Source: Octopus sinensis
Taxonomy: Eukaryota
Direction of reading: 5' to 3'
DNA length: 12,864 bases
NCBI RefSeq assembly: GCF_006345805.1
Contig: NW_021826471.1
Span: forward strand, 1 to 12,864
Numbering within the stretch: position 1 is the first letter of the stretch; every line of letters begins with the position of its first letter. Positions 8,951-12,864 of the stretch are shown one piece after another. A model generated the notes under the pieces. The model worked only from the letters and a program-made list of their open reading frames with translations, made no database searches and was not told where the DNA came from. Made by a program: the position numbers and the translations under genes.

Positions 8951-9228
8951 ACTCTTTTGCTCTTTTACTTGTTTCAGTCATGTGACTGTGGCCATGCTGG
9001 AGCCCCACCACTCCAGCATGGCCACAGCATGGAATACACCAACATCAGCTATCAAAGCGATGGAGGTGGGGACAAACACACACACACACATATATGTATA
9101 TATGGCAGGCTTCCTTCAGTTTCCACCTACCAAATCCGCTAGAGAAGAAGGCACTTTCCCAAGGTGCCAAGCAGTGTGACTGAACTTGGAACCATGTGGT
9201 TGGGAAGCAAGCTTCTTACCATACAGCC
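8951..9228 (-). mobile_element. SINE family A copy with internal deletion and fold-back insertion
   Basis: Reverse complement of 6379-6788 at both ends (actcttttgctcttttacttgtttcagtca; cccaaggtgcca.gcagtg.gactgaac..ggaaccatgtggttgg). About 100 nt are missing internally. Confidence 0.85.
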
Positions 9229-9447
9229 AATATATATATATATATAGATAGATAGATAGATATGGTTGTCTTTGTATGCTGCCATGGAACATGGATATTA
9301 AATGATCGTGATGATGACAAACGAATGTACATATACTTATCTTCATTATGTGTGTATGTGTGTGTGTGTGTATACTTATTGACAAACTTGTGCATACATA
9401 CATACACACACACAGCTACTGGTCTCCATGTAAATGTCCTTTCTCAG

Positions 9448-9472
9448 GTTAACGACCGACCGGGAGCTTGAG
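9448..9472 (+). CDS. Candidate 25-nt microexon C; (R)LTTDRELE in the phase 2 to 0 frame
   Basis: tgtcctttctcAG|GTTAACGACCGACCGGGAGCTTGAG|GTAAAC. Three CpGs in 25 nt in a CpG-poor background. Only one frame is stop-free. Confidence 0.45.
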
Positions 9473-9883
9473 GTAAACGTATGTGCGTGTGTATGTGTGT
9501 CCGCAACGTGTTTGCCAAGGTGTGACAGTGTGTGCTTTTCACCTTCCTCGTGAGCAACGAAGGGAAAAGAACAAAGCCAAACAACAGAACACAATGCCGC
9601 TTTATATGATAATTCTTCATAAAACCAGATGACTCGACTTTTGTTCCTTCGCCCTACACACAAACACACACTACATAATATATACATGCATCCATGCATG
9701 TATACATATATAAATGTTTATACGCATCATTTTTAGAGAGGTGGTGGTGGTGGTGGTGGTGGAGATGTTATAGGTAATCTCTGTTGCTGTCACTTTCCTC
9801 TTACCTCTTCCTCCGTCCCCCCATCTCTGTGGTGCTTTCCATCTTGGTGTTGTTACGTAAAAGCTTAACGGATCAAGTGAAGT

Positions 9884-9886
9884 GTC

Positions 9887-9921
<35 letters not shown>

Positions 9922-10030
9922 AAGTGATGGAAAGACAAAGAGAGAGTGAGAGAGACAGAGGTAGAGAGAGAGACAGACAGACAGACTGAGAGAGAGAGAG
10001 AAGTAGAGAGACAGAAACAGGCTGAGGGAG
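9884..10030. repeat. (GT)n-(GA)n/(GACA)n compound microsatellite
   Basis: Purine-rich GA and GACA runs. Confidence 0.9.
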
Positions 10031-10144
10031 AGTATTGTGATGTGGAGAGCAAGGAGTTTGGGTTGCACTAAGAGGATAATGTTATGGCTGAGAACAAGAT
10101 TGAGAATGATGGAAGTGTGAAGAAAGAAGTTTTATATTGTATCT

Positions 10145-10350
10145 CATCACCATCATCATCATCATCATCATCATCATCATATCATCATCATCATCATCAT
10201 CATCATCTCCATCATCATTATCATCATGATCATCATTCTGACATCCATTTTTCCATGCTTCCATGGGTTGGACAGTTTATTGAGACAGATTTTCTAATGG
10301 TCGAATGCTCTTCCTGTCACCAAGCCTCACCTGTTTTCGAGCTAAGCTAA
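10145..10350 (-). mobile_element. Diverged RTE-type 3'-end variant with long (GAT)n tail
   Basis: (CAT)n at 10145-10236, then catccatttttccatgcttccatgggttggacagttt...ttttcta.tggtcgaatgctcttcctgtcaccaa, similar to 8308-8450. Confidence 0.65.
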
Positions 10351-10436
10351 GATTCCCAGACATATTTCTACAGAACTTTGGTAGTGAATGACACTCGTTT
10401 AAAACAATTATATGATGTCAAGATAAGGCGGCATAC

Positions 10437-10471
<35 letters not shown>

Positions 10472-10776
10472 CACAAACACATGTGTACATATAACAAAAC
10501 AGGAATAGATAAAATTCTTAGGTAATGGTTATTCTCCATTACACATGTTTCACTTACTAATTGGAATCACAACGTTTTACATGGTGTATATAGATGTAAG
10601 AAATTTTTTATTAGGAATTCCTTATGTAGCCATCTAACATATTAATCTTTATAATTCCTATTAGCAAATGAAACATATGTAATGGAGAGTAAACAATACC
10701 AAAAAATTTCCACTTTGCTGTTTTGTTATGTATTTGTGCGTATGTATGTATATATGTGTAGATTGTCCCCTGAACT

Positions 10777-10961
10777 GCACCAGTACCCCCTGACTGGCTC
10801 CTGTGCCAGTGGCATGTAAAAAACACCTACTACACTCTTGGAGTGGTTGGTATTATGAAGGACATCCAGCTGTAGCAACCTTGCCAGATCAGATTGTAAG
10901 TCCTCAGTCAAACCGTCCAACCCATGCCAGCATGGAAAGCGGATGTTAAACGATGATGATG
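10777..10961 (+). mobile_element. RTE-clade LINE (or derivative) 3'-end fragment, sense orientation
   Basis: gagtggttggtattatgaaggacatccagctgtag...aaccgtccaacccatgccagcatggaaagcggatgttaaacgatgatgatg, ending in (GAT)n. Confidence 0.8.
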
Positions 10962-11010
10962 TATATTTGTATTTATGTGTGTACACACACACACACACAC
11001 ACACACACTA

Positions 11011-11172
11011 AGCTTCTTTCAGTTTCCATCTACCTAATCATCCACTCACAAGGTTTTGGTTAGCCCAGATCTGAACTAAAAGACACTTGCCCAAAGTACC
11101 ATGCTTTGGGATTGAACCTGGAACCATGCGCTTCAGAAGCAAACTTCTAAAACCACACAGCCACACATGTGC
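11011..11172 (-). mobile_element. SINE family A, 5' half
   Basis: gcttctttcagtttccatctac..atccactcacaagg...gacacttgcccaa.gtacc...gattgaacctggaacc...accacacagcc is the reverse complement of about 6379-6540. Confidence 0.8.
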
Positions 11173-11539
11173 TTATAAATATATTAATGTATTTATGTAT
11201 GTATATAACGCAATTAAAGGGTGTATAATATTGTTAAAAGGTTGCTGGATTTTTTTTTGCTTTGTGGTCAGTTTGTTGATTTTATTTTAACATAGATTGA
11301 CATTGCATGACTGTTCTTCGTTAGTATTCTAATTATGGCTGTGCTAACACTTAATTAAGGGTTTCTGATATAGGGAGGTTCAGCAGCCAATGAGAGTGTA
11401 TATATGTTTGTGTGTGTTTGTGTGTGTACATTTATACACATGAAGAGCATAGAAAAGGTTTTGTTTACATTCTTATACTCATAGTGTAGCTTTCTAAGGT
11501 TCCATTTCATTTTTCTGAATGTGTATGTTATATATATAT

Positions 11540-11578
<39 letters not shown>

Positions 11579-11584
11579 TATAGT

Positions 11585-11730
11585 GGCACAGGAGTGGCTG
11601 TGTGATAAGTAGCCTGCTTAACAACGACATGGTTCTGAGTTCAGTCCCACTGCATGGCCACCCTCGGCCATGTGTCGTATGAGTGGATTTGTTATGTTAT
11701 ACGGAAACTGATAGATGCCCTTCGTGTATG
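11585..11730 (+). mobile_element. SINE family A, 5' half with internal deletion
   Basis: ggcacaggagtggctgtgtgataagtagcctgctt..catggttctgagttcagtcccactgc..gagtggattt..acggaaactga. Confidence 0.8.
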
Positions 11731-11757
11731 TATTTGTGTATATATATATATATATAT

Positions 11758-11842
11758 AGAAAGACATTGCCCAAGGTGCCACACAGTGGGACTGAACCCA
11801 GAACCATGGGGTGTGGTAAGCAAGCTACTTAACACAGCCATA
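11758..11842 (-). mobile_element. SINE family A tRNA-like head fragment
   Basis: aagacattgcccaaggtgccacacagtgggactgaacccagaaccatg..gtggtaagcaagctactt.acacagcca is the reverse complement of the family A 5' end. Confidence 0.85.
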
Positions 11843-11847
11843 TTTAT

Positions 11848-11892
<45 letters not shown>

Positions 11893-12310
11893 TATAATAT
11901 ATATACATATATGTATGTATATATGTATGTGTGCATGTATACACACACACACATGCATGCATGCATGCGCCCACAGAGGCAAAAAAAAGGGGTGGGATGC
12001 TGTGAAAGCGTGGAGGAAGTGGGGTAGTGCGCTGTGCAGTACGTGTGGTGTTGGTAAGAAGAAGAGGTGGAGGAGTGCACACACACAAAGTGCATCCATG
12101 CAGATCAAGTGCATATGTGTGTGTGTGTTTTTTTTTTTTGCATTTGCATGTTTTAGACATTTCACATTCGTGTTGCGCGTGTGATGGCTGAGAGTGGTAA
12201 AGGTGAAAGAGACGGCAAGGGTGGGGGGGGGTGGGAGGCCTCTTATTTACTTTTACTGAAGGTGAATGAAGAGGAGGGGGAGGGGGTGAGTGCTGATATA
12301 AGAACCACAA

Positions 12311-12506
12311 TACTACTACTACTACTACTACTATATTACCGCCACCACACCACCACTACCACTAAACACATACTTCCTACCTTCCTGAAAACTAACAGAT
12401 TGAGTATTGTAGTAGTAGTAGTAGTAGTAGTAGTTAGTATAGGTAGTAGTAGTAGTAGTATAGTAGTCGAAGTAGGTAGTGGTAGTCGCAGTAGTAGTAG
12501 TAGTAG
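12311..12506. repeat. (CTA)n/(CAC)n and (GTA)n trinucleotide microsatellites
   Basis: ctactacta run at about 12311-12333 and gtagtagta runs at about 12408-12506. Confidence 0.85.
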
Positions 12507-12864
12507 TCTGTTGTGTGTGTTTGTGTGGCATATTAGCATCTGTTCTGTGGGTGTGTGTGTGTGTGTGTTGTGTATGTCAAGGACTGTCTTTCTTGTGTGT
12601 TTATGATTGTGTTTCTCTGTATGTTAGCTCTGTTGTGTGTGTGTGTTGTGTAAGTGTATGGTGTGTAAGTGTATGGTGTATGTGTTATATCATTATATTA
12701 TCCGTTGGGGTGATGTGCCAGGTGAAGGGTGTGGGTTAACTGAAAAAGGGTAAGGTTCCTTTTTATTGCAGATGACGGTCTTGTAGTGTGTTTGCGGTGA
12801 TTGCATTGGTGCTTGTGGTGATGGTCATTAGTGGACCGAAGTGACAGTTTGTGCATATGGTGTT

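Noticed and set aside
1682-9472. Assigning the candidate exons to a named gene (BK/Slo, dynamin, Rbfox, TCF)
   Set aside because: The resemblances were only in exon size, phase or a few residues. No real sequence match was recognised, so no gene symbol is given.

Overview
Eukaryotic, AT-rich and saturated with microsatellites, almost certainly intronic or intergenic DNA of a coleoid cephalopod. The SINE families and repeat landscape match what I recognise as Octopus. There is no prokaryotic system, CRISPR array or recognisable full-length gene, and nearly all six-frame ORFs are translations of (CA)n, (TA)n, (CAT)n and (ATT)n repeats. Supported content: three families of tRNA-derived SINEs with visible Pol III A/B boxes, four RTE-type LINE 3'-end fragments with (GAT)n tails, and a probable Penelope-like terminal fragment with a degenerate hammerhead-like fold. 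The most interesting unexplained signals are: (1) short + strand candidate cassette exons of 40, 82 and 25 nt in unique islands, all 3n+1 long and stop-free only in the same phase-2 to phase-0 frame, suggesting alternative or mutually exclusive exons of an unidentified host gene; (2) a perfect 17-bp fold-back hairpin replacing an internal SINE segment; (3) inverted repeat pairs able to form dsRNA; (4) a degenerate ~60-nt minisatellite with a conserved TTCCTGCAA core. The host gene could not be identified and all exon calls are unverified predictions.
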